Source: Gammaproteobacteria bacterium (GTDB lineage: Bacteria; Pseudomonadota; Gammaproteobacteria; GCA-001735895). From it: a stretch of DNA of 64,000 nt. Position numbers and translations under genes: made by a program. Where the stretch lies: contig JAAEMR010000105.1 in the NCBI GenBank assembly GCA_024225395.1, positions 5,562 through 69,561 of the forward strand, read 5' to 3'. The notes under the pieces are model-generated. The model was not told the origin of the DNA. It made no database searches and saw only the letters and a list, made by a program, of their open reading frames with translations. Below are positions 36,604 through 46,295 of the stretch, in pieces. Within the stretch, counting starts at the first letter, position 1. Each line of letters starts with the position of its first letter.

Positions 36604-37475
36604 TGAATTTACCTGTCAGAAAGTTACGTAAAACTCAATCCGGTACGGTTTTATTTAATATTTTACTATTCAGTTTTTCTTTAACTCTGGTGTTTACACT
36701 GGTAGCTAATTTATTACCCCAGGTGGAAGGCGAAGCACCGCTAGAAGTGGAAATTGATTTGAGCGCGATGACGATGGATAGTTTTGTTTCCCTGGGAGAA
36801 AACATCTTTTCCGGTAAAGGCACCTGCACACTGTGTCATAACAACATGGGACGTGCACCGGATATTTTACAGCTCAGTATGGTGGAAACCGCGAAACAAC
36901 GGTTGGCAGATGAACGTTATAAAGGTGTTGCCACAACAGTTGAAGATTATTTTCGTGAATCGATGGTAGACCCGAGTCTTTACGTGGTTGCAGGTTTTGG
37001 CCAGAAAGGTAGCAACGATACAGTTTCGCCCATGCCTGTTGCTAATAAAGCACCCATTTTATTAACAGATATTGAAATGGATGCAGTGATTGCATTTATG
37101 CAGGCTAAAGATGGAAATGATGTCACCGTTTCTCTACCGGAAGGATTACCTGAAACTGTGGCAGAAGAGCAGGGTGGAGCTACCGCCGTGGCAGCTGTAC
37201 AGGGACCGGCTGAAACAGCAGAACAAGCGTTGGCTAAATTTACCTGCACCGCCTGTCATGCTGTTGCGGGCAGTGAATCGATGGTAGGACCTGAGTTGAA
37301 CACAGTCGGTAGTCGACTGGACAAAGATCAAATTCGCGAGAGTATTTTGAACCCTGAAGCTGTCATTACCGAGGGCTTTGATGGTGGCATGATGCCAGCC
37401 GATTTTGCAAAGAAAATGACCATCAGTGAGTTGGACATGGTGACTGAGTACTTACTCAAACAGGGAGGACAGTAA
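36603..37475 (+). CDS. Membrane-anchored dihaem cytochrome c
   Basis: N-terminal TM; CTLCH and CTACH; YFRES..DP and IRESILNP motifs with downstream MP; 1-bp overlap with the cydA-like gene. Confidence 0.85.
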   Translation: MNLPVRKLRKTQSGTVLFNILLFSFSLTLVFTLVANLLPQVEGEAPLEVEIDLSAMTMDSFVSLGENIFSGKGTCTLCHNNMGRAPDILQLSMVETAKQRLADERYKGVATTVEDYFRESMVDPSLYVVAGFGQKGSNDTVSPMPVANKAPILLTDIEMDAVIAFMQAKDGNDVTVSLPEGLPETVAEEQGGATAVAAVQGPAETAEQALAKFTCTACHAVAGSESMVGPELNTVGSRLDKDQIRESILNPEAVITEGFDGGMMPADFAKKMTISELDMVTEYLLKQGGQ

Positions 37476-37477
37476 TC

Positions 37478-39880
37478 ATGAGAATCCCTGTTTTATTACA
37501 GGCCGTTCTGGTCATAGTTATTGCTTACCTGGTTTTAGATAATGCTTTTCCACCAGTATTGCCTCAAACCCTGATGATTCAGTACATGCTGATCACGGTG
37601 GTCGGCGTATTACTGTATTTTTCTTTTGATGATGAGCGCTGGGCAGAGTTTTTATCACCCATTCAGGCTGTTTTACGCAATGACAATCAATGGCTGTTAC
37701 GTGGATTTTTCCTTATTGCAATTCCGGTTTTAGTAGGCTGGGTCACTTTTCAGATCGTTAGACCTTCACTCGATTCTCCCATCGAGCTGCGCCAGGTGCA
37801 TCCGGCACCGCCATCCAGTCTTAATGTTTTTAACAAAAAGTATGATCTAACCAGTCTTGAAAATCCGATTCGAGCGGAAGTTATTGAAAAATATCCAACT
37901 GATAAAGATGCCGCGATGCAGGTTTATAACGATGGTGTGTTAGCGGGCAGGGACGTTTATTACCAGAACTGTTTTTATTGTCATGGTGATTTACTCGATG
38001 GCACCGGACCTTTTGCCGATGGTTTTACCAATCCACTGCCCATCAACTTTCAGGATGTAGGCACGATTGCGCAGTTACAGGAAGCCTTTTTGTTCTGGCG
38101 TATTTCTACCGGTGGTCCCGGGTTACCTAAAGAAGGCACACCGTGGAATTCAGCCATGCCCGTCTGGCATGAATTTTTGAATGAGAATGACGTGTGGAAT
38201 GTGATTACTTTTTTATACGATTATGTCGGGCAGGTTCCGAGAATCTGGGATCAGAATCAGTCCAAAATTGCTTCGGCAATCAAAGATGAGCTGGTATCCG
38301 AACGTGCCTCCATGATGGGAAAGGAGCTGTACGAATTTCGTTGTACCGTTTGTCACGGTGAGCAGGGTATGGCCGATGGGGTTGCTGCAGAACGAATGTA
38401 TCCTAGACCACGTGATTTTACGCTGGGACTGTTTAAATATAAAACCACTCCAGGTTCTTTACCCCCGAGTGATGATGACCTGTTGAATACTATTAAACAT
38501 GGTCTGACGGAAACGGGAATGCCTGGCTGGAGTAGTTTATTATCGGATGCACAGATTAAAAGTTTGGTCCCGGTGATTAAAGGTTTTGATATTGCCGCTA
38601 CCTGGCCACCTGAGGATGCGGATGATGACGCTTTTGATGATGATGGGCGTTATATCAAAGATGATTTTATATCTATAACTGAACGTGAACCTTTTGAAGG
38701 TGCTATCGATTACACCCCCGAATCACTGGTGCGTGGTAAAGAAGTGTTTGATAAAGCCTGTAAGGAATGTCATGGGGCGGAAGGCCGTGGCAATATCACG
38801 TCAGGCAAACGACTGGAAGATGACTGGGGCTATAGAATCTGGCCACGTGATTTGACCAAAGCCTGGACATATCGTGTGTCTGAAATTGAAAATGCAGACC
38901 CTGTCGTAGCGCGTAGTCAGACGATCCAGCGTATTTATGAACGTTTATCCATAGGTATTACCGGAACGCCGATGCCTGCTCACCGGGCAGTGGAAGAGGG
39001 TAATAAGGACCCCATCAGTCTGGATGATCGCTGGCATGTGTCGAACTATGTTTACTCCCTAAGAGAAACAGCAGCTCCGGTGCCGGGAGAATCCAATGTT
39101 TTATCTGCCAGTAAAGTAAGCAGTTTACCAACTGATGTGAATTCCGAGCAATGGGACCAGGCAAAGCCTGTTAGTTTCCGCCTGGTGCCAAATATCATCA
39201 AAGGTGAGCGTCATTTCACCCCGTTGTCGGATTCAGTCACGGTACGCTCGGTTTATAGTAAAGATAAAATAGCCTTCTTACTGGAAGTGGATGATCGAAC
39301 TGACAGCCGTCCGGGTGAACCCGTATCAGATGGCATTCAGGATGAAAATTTAACGATGTACTCTGATGCTTTAGCGGTTCAATTTCCTAAGCAGAATGCC
39401 TTTGAAACTTCACCGGTGGTGGTTAAACCTTTATACCGTCACGGTGATAAAAAGCATGAAACGACCATCTGGTACTGGAATGCAGGCAGCATACAACCTG
39501 AAAAGAAATCGATGTCAGCGCTGATAGATGCAAGTGGTCCGGATCAAAAACTGAAATTTCGTGAAGCCGGTGATTTGAATGCAGCGGGTTCATGGACTCA
39601 TGGTAAGTGGAAAGTGATGTTTACCCGACCTCGATTGAGCAGTGAAGGTAATGACGTGATTTTCGATGAAGGTCAGTTCATTCCAGTTTCATTCGCAAAC
39701 TGGGATGGCAGCAATGGCGAAGTGGGCTCTAAACATACCCTGACCACCTGGTACTGGCTGGTATTACCTCCTGAAACCAACTGGATGAAAGTTGCAGGTA
39801 TCCCACTAGGAATCGCTCTGTTTATCTTTCTGGCAGGATTAATGTTAGTCAACTCGCAACGCAAACTGGCTAAACAATAA
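37478..39880 (+). CDS. Membrane-bound trihaem cytochrome c fused to an ethylbenzene-dehydrogenase gamma-like (haem b DOMON, NxrC-like) domain
   Basis: Three N-terminal TM segments; CFYCH, CTVCH, CKECH; PRPRDFT; C-terminal SDALAVQFP, GKWKVMFTRP, SFANWDGSNGE..SK; C-terminal TM. Confidence 0.8.
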   Translation: MRIPVLLQAVLVIVIAYLVLDNAFPPVLPQTLMIQYMLITVVGVLLYFSFDDERWAEFLSPIQAVLRNDNQWLLRGFFLIAIPVLVGWVTFQIVRPSLDSPIELRQVHPAPPSSLNVFNKKYDLTSLENPIRAEVIEKYPTDKDAAMQVYNDGVLAGRDVYYQNCFYCHGDLLDGTGPFADGFTNPLPINFQDVGTIAQLQEAFLFWRISTGGPGLPKEGTPWNSAMPVWHEFLNENDVWNVITFLYDYVGQVPRIWDQNQSKIASAIKDELVSERASMMGKELYEFRCTVCHGEQGMADGVAAERMYPRPRDFTLGLFKYKTTPGSLPPSDDDLLNTIKHGLTETGMPGWSSLLSDAQIKSLVPVIKGFDIAATWPPEDADDDAFDDDGRYIKDDFISITEREPFEGAIDYTPESLVRGKEVFDKACKECHGAEGRGNITSGKRLEDDWGYRIWPRDLTKAWTYRVSEIENADPVVARSQTIQRIYERLSIGITGTPMPAHRAVEEGNKDPISLDDRWHVSNYVYSLRETAAPVPGESNVLSASKVSSLPTDVNSEQWDQAKPVSFRLVPNIIKGERHFTPLSDSVTVRSVYSKDKIAFLLEVDDRTDSRPGEPVSDGIQDENLTMYSDALAVQFPKQNAFETSPVVVKPLYRHGDKKHETTIWYWNAGSIQPEKKSMSALIDASGPDQKLKFREAGDLNAAGSWTHGKWKVMFTRPRLSSEGNDVIFDEGQFIPVSFANWDGSNGEVGSKHTLTTWYWLVLPPETNWMKVAGIPLGIALFIFLAGLMLVNSQRKLAKQ

Positions 39881-39958
39881 GCTGTTGTCTCCCAAATGTC
39901 GGGTGAAGCCGTGAAAGCGGGTTTACCAGTCATGCTTTGTTTTGAAATTAAGCATTTT

Positions 39959-39985
39959 AACTGGCCTTTTGGCCAGTTTTTTTTT
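39959..39985 (+). terminator. Rho-independent terminator of the cydA-like arm
   Basis: AACTGGCC-TTTT-GGCCAGTT stem-loop followed by a T run. Confidence 0.75.
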
Positions 39986-40103
39986 GCCCTGGAATATGCC
40001 TCACTTTGATGTGGATATGATTATCAACTGTAGTATCAAAATACAATCGTGGCACAGATTAAGTGTTCTTGCTATTTTAAAGCTATAAATTTGGAGGAAT
40101 TCT

Positions 40104-40472
40104 ATGAATACTGCTTTTTTGTTAATTTTGCTGACAACCAATGCAAATGCTATGCCTTCAGTTTCTTTTGTAAATGCAGAATCAGAAGCTCAATGCAAAG
40201 CCAGACAAACTATGATTACAGCTATTTTCAGGAATGGAAATATTACTATTGATCAAAGTCGTTGTATTGCCAGTGATTTACGCTTTACTAAATATAGCCA
40301 TAACCCCTCTTCAAATGCATCACGATATTTCTGGCTGGTAGATATGACAGAAAATGCTGAACAACTGACGTCTATGCCTGACATGAGCAGCTGCCGCTCT
40401 CATTTGAAAAAAATAGAAAACAACAAAAAATCTGCTATTTGTGCGGTAACGGACCAGGCTCGATTATATTGA
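40104..40472 (+). CDS. Hypothetical protein with four Cys, possibly exported
   Basis: GGAGG RBS, hydrophobic N-terminus, 122 aa. Confidence 0.6.
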   Translation: MNTAFLLILLTTNANAMPSVSFVNAESEAQCKARQTMITAIFRNGNITIDQSRCIASDLRFTKYSHNPSSNASRYFWLVDMTENAEQLTSMPDMSSCRSHLKKIENNKKSAICAVTDQARLY

Positions 40473-40483
40473 GCAAAGGCTAT

Positions 40484-40933
40484 CTAATTAAAACGTGGAC
40501 GAGTAACTGGTTTACCATCACGTAGCCAGTCAGTGATGCCATACTGAACATTATAAACCTGGGAGTATCCCATCTTTTCAACCAGATGACGTGCCAGTAC
40601 ATCGGTGCGGTTACCGGTGCGACAGATCAAAATTACTTTATCATCCTTTCCCACTGCAGAAGTAAATCGCGGTAAAAAGTCAGGTAATACACGCCCGCCA
40701 GCATCAACAAATGTGAGTAACTTACTATTGGCAATAACTCCTGTTTCTCGCCACTCTTCAGGCCGGCGAATGTCAAAAATTTGAGTTTTCTGTTGCAGCA
40801 TAGAGTCCAGTTGCTGATTGTCCAGGTTGTTATATGGAGGTGGCTCGAAACAGCCTGATAATGTAATTGCCACAATCAGTATGCCTGCTATACGTAGCAT
40901 GAAATGTTGTTTAAGCTTGTTCATTTGTACCAT
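40484..40933 (-). CDS. Rhodanese-like domain lipoprotein
   Basis: LSGC lipobox, DIRRPEEW..TG.I, active-site CRTGNR, GITDW. Confidence 0.85.
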   Translation of the reverse strand: MVQMNKLKQHFMLRIAGILIVAITLSGCFEPPPYNNLDNQQLDSMLQQKTQIFDIRRPEEWRETGVIANSKLLTFVDAGGRVLPDFLPRFTSAVGKDDKVILICRTGNRTDVLARHLVEKMGYSQVYNVQYGITDWLRDGKPVTRPRFN

Positions 40934-41325
40934 GTTTATTCCTGTTTACAGTTTTGTCGAAGTATATTTGACAGTATCATTTTCAATAATTATCACTTTT
41001 TGGCTAAAGTGACTTTCAGTAACAATCAATAAGTTCTATTGTTAAGCCTGTCCAGACGAATTACTGCATATAAATGATAAGGTTTTTCAATTTGGTTACA
41101 CGGAATATTGGGTGAAGAACGATACTTTGTTGGGTTGAAAGTTTTAGACGGGGCTGTTGCTTAGTATTCCGTGATATCACTTGCTACTGGCTGGTTTAAA
41201 AAACCTGTACCGGTGATGCAGTTTTTACCTTGTTTGACATGTCCGTGGCGGTGATTGTGTATTTCTATAAAAGATTTCACATTTTAACTCTGACTGAATA
41301 AGCTGGTACTTTTAAGGAGTGAAAG

Positions 41326-42504
41326 TTAAAAACTTGACTTAAAATTAATGATAATTGATTCACAGGCAAAAGACTGGAAGAGTTTATTCTTAAAACTGAT
41401 AAAATCAGGGTGTTCAGAAAAATTCTTAATTACCAGATGGTTAGCAAAACCTATAGTCCAGCAGAATTGATACTTTCCCCCATCATTAATAGCTTCTCTT
41501 ATATTCACCTCACGTATTCCTGGTATCCGTGATAACAGCAGTTTACTTTCTTCCATCATTTGAGAAATTTTATGCTTTTCTATACTGTAAACATTATGCA
41601 AAATGAGTTGTTCAACCATTACCCAGGGTTCACATTGGGTAAGAACTTCAGCGGCTCGTCCTGCACAACCCCATAGTTTCATACAACGATTCACTTCAGT
41701 AGATATTGCTTCTTTCACACCTTTTTTTAAATCGGTGAAACTCCCCGAGGAATTTTGCCTTGCCTGCAACCTCATAGTTTTAGCTGCCACATCTGACAGA
41801 GCCGTATAGTAGTTTATTTTTACTACACCCATCGTTGGTAGTTTTCGAAACTGATCATCATTCAAACCACTTCCACCGTGGATTACCAGAGGGATATTCA
41901 CTGCTTCATTGAGTTTTTTTAAACGCTGGAAATCCAGCTTTGCACGGCCCTTCACTCGCCCCTGTACAGTACCTATAGAGACCGCGAGAAAGTCAACACC
42001 GGTTTGCTCAACATAGCTTTTAGCTTCAGCAGGATGGGTCAGTGATATTTCGCCTGGATGCATTTCTGCGCCTTCGCCTTCACTGCCGGCAACGTAACCC
42101 ACTTCCCCAACAACAGGTATTCCACAGCTATGTGCCATTGCAACAACAGCTTGCGTAGCTTTAACATTTTCTCGTAAATCACGATCTGAAGCATCTATCA
42201 TCACACTGTTACAGCCTTTATTAATGGCTATGATTGCAGATTCCAGGCTATGACCATGATCAAGTTGAATTGCAACTGGAATCGATGCACGTTTTGCTGC
42301 CGCTTCTACTGCCGGCATCATCAAGTTAAAATCAAAGTGACTAAAATGAGGTTCGGCGATACTCAAAATGACTGGTGCACGACAACTTTCAGCTGCTTCA
42401 ATAACAGCTTCAAGAAAATCCAGGCTCACCAGGTCAAACGCACCCACGGCATAATTATTTTCATAAGCGTGATAAAGCATATCGCGCATATTGACCAGTG
42501 CCAT
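41326..42504 (-). CDS. fba: Class II fructose-bisphosphate aldolase family protein with a C-terminal Dabb-like extension
   Basis: YAVGAF, QLDHG, SVMIDAS, LAVSIGTVQG, LVIHGGSG, KINYYT; extra ~95 aa C-terminal domain (IPGIREV...F..HPD). Confidence 0.8.
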   Translation of the reverse strand: MALVNMRDMLYHAYENNYAVGAFDLVSLDFLEAVIEAAESCRAPVILSIAEPHFSHFDFNLMMPAVEAAAKRASIPVAIQLDHGHSLESAIIAINKGCNSVMIDASDRDLRENVKATQAVVAMAHSCGIPVVGEVGYVAGSEGEGAEMHPGEISLTHPAEAKSYVEQTGVDFLAVSIGTVQGRVKGRAKLDFQRLKKLNEAVNIPLVIHGGSGLNDDQFRKLPTMGVVKINYYTALSDVAAKTMRLQARQNSSGSFTDLKKGVKEAISTEVNRCMKLWGCAGRAAEVLTQCEPWVMVEQLILHNVYSIEKHKISQMMEESKLLLSRIPGIREVNIREAINDGGKYQFCWTIGFANHLVIKNFSEHPDFISFKNKLFQSFACESIIINFKSSF

Positions 42505-42535
42505 TACTCCTCCTGAAGTTTAATAGTAAATTTAA

Positions 42536-42904
42536 TTATGGAGCTGGATACAGTTTATGTAACCTGTGCTCGAGTTCCTGTTGCATGAGATCAAGCACCC
42601 GGTCACGAATTTTTTCAGCTGCAAAATGATAATAATTCATATTGCATTTAACCGGTGTGTGCAAGGTAGCACGCCCGTAATCATCAAACTCATTCCAGCA
42701 GATAACCGGTAAATCATTCAGGCTCTCATCCGCACACAACCATTCATGCTTATCCAGAATCATCACCAGACCACGCAATCCACTCAGCGAAAACCTCAGC
42801 GGAAAGTTCAAATGAGACTTTGCCCGGCGCCATAAATTATAGTGTGTGGCTGACACTTCCCAGTTCTGTCGCTGATAAACCAGCGTAGTATCGACCCGGC
42901 TCAT
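42536..42904 (-). CDS. Hypothetical protein in the cbb cluster
   Basis: 122-aa ORF starting 19 bp after cbbO, co-oriented. Confidence 0.65.
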   Translation of the reverse strand: MSRVDTTLVYQRQNWEVSATHYNLWRRAKSHLNFPLRFSLSGLRGLVMILDKHEWLCADESLNDLPVICWNEFDDYGRATLHTPVKCNMNYYHFAAEKIRDRVLDLMQQELEHRLHKLYPAP

Positions 42905-42923
42905 AACAAATTCACGTCGTCGG

Positions 42924-45266
42924 TTAACTGGTCAGATTGGCAAACAGAGTCGGTAACTGTTCCGGCAATCGATCCACATTATCGATAACGGTGTAGTTAT
43001 TCTGGCCAAAGATGCGTTTTACATAGTCATCAGCATTCGGGTCAAGCGTCAGACAATAAGTCAGAACACCGGTTGAATATAACTCTTCTACCGCCTTCCT
43101 GGTATCGTGACGTAAATGTTGCGGGTCACGTTCATCGATATCTGCCGGTTCACCATCAGTAACCAGTAAGATCAGTTTTCGTTTCTCGGCCTGTTTCAAA
43201 AGGTGGTTGCCAGCATGTCTTAATGCAGCTCCCATACGTGTAGATAGACCACCTTTCATGCCGGCGAGTCGTGACTTGGCATCATCATCAAAATGCTGAC
43301 TGAAATCCTTGAAACGATAATACTGCACATCATGCCGACCATCAGATGCAAAACCATGTAAAGCGTAAGGGTCACCAATACCTTCAATCGCTGTAGATAC
43401 CAGTGTTGCAGCTTCACGAGTTAACTGCAGTACTGTTTTATCAGAACCCTGCATGGTTTCATTGGTTGATTCGGATAAATCAAGTAGTACCACTACCGAC
43501 AGATCACGATTCTTTAACACGTTACGCATGGTGATACGGGTATTGGGCTGTTCCCCCATGCGAATAGAAACCATTGCGTCAATAGCCGCATTAATATCAA
43601 TTTCATCACCATCTTCCATGTTGCGTACGCGTTGAACCCCTTCCGGAGTCAACAGGTCAATGATCTGCTTGATGCGATGCGCGACCGGGCGATACTCGGT
43701 GATAATATCATGAATATCTTCCGGATCACCCTTCGGTTGGCGACGTTCGTATACGGTAACCCAGTCGGGTCGGTGTAACTGGATCTGGTAATCCCATTCC
43801 TGGTAATGGAATGGATCAGAGACTGGTTCCTTGCCCCACATGTCGTTAAAGCTGATCTGTTCTTCGGTCAAATCATCTTCATAGGGTCGCATGTTGGTGG
43901 AACAGGTCCAAATTTCCTGAGCATCATCACCCGCCAGCTCGCAATCGACTTCGTTGGCCATCTCTATAACGCTGACCTGACGGCGTACCTGTCGCTGACT
44001 GGCCGGTACATATTCAATTTCGGTATCCCAGGAAAATTCCTCGAATTCCCACACATAACGATTGTCATCGCGGTAGGGGATATCGATACGTTCCAGGATA
44101 CGCAAACTCGGTACTTCCTTGCGCGTAGTAAACAGGTTGAACACTTCCAGACCCAGATGCCAACTGAACTGGTTGTCATCCTGCTTTTCTTCAATCTGGT
44201 CGTGAAACTTCTGTGCCAGCGTATTCAGCTCGGCATCACCACATGTGATCGAATCATCAATGAGCATCTGTGCAAATCGCTCCAGTATCGGCATGGTGCG
44301 ATGCTCAGGCTGCTCTTCATGAGGCACCTGCATAATAGCCAGCCACAGTCTCTTCAGGCCGGGAAATTCTTTGGTCGCCTTATATTCAATACGGGCATCT
44401 TCGATCAGGCCGACAAAAAACATCTGGGCCGGACTTAAACCTTCTGCAGAAATGGGCTCGGAAGAATAAATCATGTGTGCAGCCATGTGCGCAGCTGTGG
44501 CACGATACACTTCCAGACCGGCTATATCTGCATAGTCATCAAGCGCATCCGGTAAATGCAGAATACGGTGTTCAATATAAGGCCGGAAATCGGCAAAATC
44601 GGCACCGGTCGGACGCAGGAAGAAATCCCGTCCCCATAATGCGCGCAAATAAAAATTCAGTTTTCGCTGCACTTTGATAAACAGTACACCACGACGCTCT
44701 TTCTGCAGCATCGCACGACTATCAGCCGATTCAAGATTGAAGTAGGACGTCAGGTTATTGTAATCACGGCGATATGCCTTAGCGCCAAAATTGGCCCAGC
44801 GACGTAACCCACTCAGTGTTAACTTACCCAGCAATTCATCGATATGATTCAGCATCGGGCGTACGCCACGTGAAGCGGTGGATGCCAGTTGATGAATCAG
44901 CGTCAGGTATCCGCGAAACAGCTCAGCATCACCCAGGTTTCTGGCTGCAGATGGCATACTGCCGAACAACAAAGCTACTACTGCGCCAGAGGTCATGGAG
45001 GACAGTTTCATTGCGGCCGTGATACAGTCATCGACCACATCTTCACCACATTCTTTCGCCACCAGGGGCATTTCCTGAAGGTAGGAAGTAACGACATCGG
45101 AGCCACGGCCTAGTTTGCACAGGCTGCTGGCACCATCCAGGTAATCCTGTAATCCATTGGGAGACATCACACGGGATGCTTCCTGAAAGGTTCCCTCCAG
45201 CACATCACGTATTTCTGGTGCAACGTCTTCCAGGAACTCTTCGTAATCTTCGAGTTTTATCGACAT
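42924..45266 (-). CDS. cbbO: RuBisCO activase adaptor CbbO (vWA)
   Basis: C-terminal vWA MIDAS DLSES, STRMGAALRHA, VTDGEPAD; directly after cbbQ. Confidence 0.93.
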   Translation of the reverse strand: MSIKLEDYEEFLEDVAPEIRDVLEGTFQEASRVMSPNGLQDYLDGASSLCKLGRGSDVVTSYLQEMPLVAKECGEDVVDDCITAAMKLSSMTSGAVVALLFGSMPSAARNLGDAELFRGYLTLIHQLASTASRGVRPMLNHIDELLGKLTLSGLRRWANFGAKAYRRDYNNLTSYFNLESADSRAMLQKERRGVLFIKVQRKLNFYLRALWGRDFFLRPTGADFADFRPYIEHRILHLPDALDDYADIAGLEVYRATAAHMAAHMIYSSEPISAEGLSPAQMFFVGLIEDARIEYKATKEFPGLKRLWLAIMQVPHEEQPEHRTMPILERFAQMLIDDSITCGDAELNTLAQKFHDQIEEKQDDNQFSWHLGLEVFNLFTTRKEVPSLRILERIDIPYRDDNRYVWEFEEFSWDTEIEYVPASQRQVRRQVSVIEMANEVDCELAGDDAQEIWTCSTNMRPYEDDLTEEQISFNDMWGKEPVSDPFHYQEWDYQIQLHRPDWVTVYERRQPKGDPEDIHDIITEYRPVAHRIKQIIDLLTPEGVQRVRNMEDGDEIDINAAIDAMVSIRMGEQPNTRITMRNVLKNRDLSVVVLLDLSESTNETMQGSDKTVLQLTREAATLVSTAIEGIGDPYALHGFASDGRHDVQYYRFKDFSQHFDDDAKSRLAGMKGGLSTRMGAALRHAGNHLLKQAEKRKLILLVTDGEPADIDERDPQHLRHDTRKAVEELYSTGVLTYCLTLDPNADDYVKRIFGQNNYTVIDNVDRLPEQLPTLFANLTS

Positions 45267-45354
45267 ATCGGGCTTCTATATTTTTCAGAACAAGGGTTAT
45301 ATGAAAACCGGATTAGTATTCAGTCCTCATGCTCAAACTTACTCTTTAAATGCC

Positions 45355-46176
45355 TTAGCCAAAAAAGGTCTCTACTGCAGCATTCAGGGTATCACGCATA
45401 TCAGGGTCATCCGTCAACGGAGTCACCATTGTCATGATGCAGGCATCTTTGGCATCCACACCTTTGGCAATCAACTGACCGGAGTAAACCAGCAGACGGG
45501 TTGAAATACCTTCATCCAGACCGTGACCTTTCAGGTTACGTGCACGTTGAGCAATATGCACCAGCTTTTCTGCGGCATCACGGTCTACACCGGATTCTTT
45601 GGATACGATATCAATTTCAATATTTTCTTCCGGGTAATCAAAATCCATCGCGCCAAAACGCTGCTTGGTCGATTGTTTGAGGTCCTTCATCAAAGATTGA
45701 TAACCAGGGTTATAAGAGATAACCAGTTGAAAGTCTGGATGCGCATCGATCAGCTCACCTTTTTTATCGAGCGGTAAAGTACGACGATGATCGGTCAATG
45801 GGTGTATCACAACCGTGGTATCCTGGCGTGCTTCGACGATTTCATCGAGATAACAGATTGCACCGATACGGGCCGCAGTGGTTAAAGGACCGTCCTGCCA
45901 CTTGGTGCCGTCCTTATCCAGCAGGAATCGCCCCACCAGATCAGAAGCAGTCATATCTTCGTTACAGGCGACAGTAATTAGAGGCCTGCCGAGTTTCCAC
46001 GCCATGTGTTCTACAAAGCGGGATTTACCACAGCCGGTTGGCCCCTTGATCATCATCGGCATACGCACATCGTAAGCAGATTCGTATAAAGTTAACTCAT
46101 TGCCTACTGGCTCATAATAAGGTTCTCTGGTAATTTTATATTGAACGGGGTCTACAACATTCTCGGTAACAGACAT
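45355..46176 (-). CDS. cbbQ: RuBisCO activase CbbQ (AAA+, MoxR type)
   Basis: KGPTGCGKSRF, CNEDMTASDLVGR, YLDEIVEARQD, SYNPGYQ. Confidence 0.95.
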   Translation of the reverse strand: MSVTENVVDPVQYKITREPYYEPVGNELTLYESAYDVRMPMMIKGPTGCGKSRFVEHMAWKLGRPLITVACNEDMTASDLVGRFLLDKDGTKWQDGPLTTAARIGAICYLDEIVEARQDTTVVIHPLTDHRRTLPLDKKGELIDAHPDFQLVISYNPGYQSLMKDLKQSTKQRFGAMDFDYPEENIEIDIVSKESGVDRDAAEKLVHIAQRARNLKGHGLDEGISTRLLVYSGQLIAKGVDAKDACIMTMVTPLTDDPDMRDTLNAAVETFFG

Positions 46177-46295
46177 AGTAAGTCTCTCTCGTTTGATTAA
46201 CTGTATTAAAAGGTTTTATATATGCCGTGCGTAATGCGTAGCCCGTGGCTGCACTCACTATATAAAAGCTTTACGGTTTAAAAATTAAATTCGAA

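Noticed and set aside
43806-44438. 210-aa plus-strand ORF
   Set aside because: Lies wholly antisense to cbbO and has no recognisable motifs; treated as a shadow ORF, like the many other short antisense ORFs in the track
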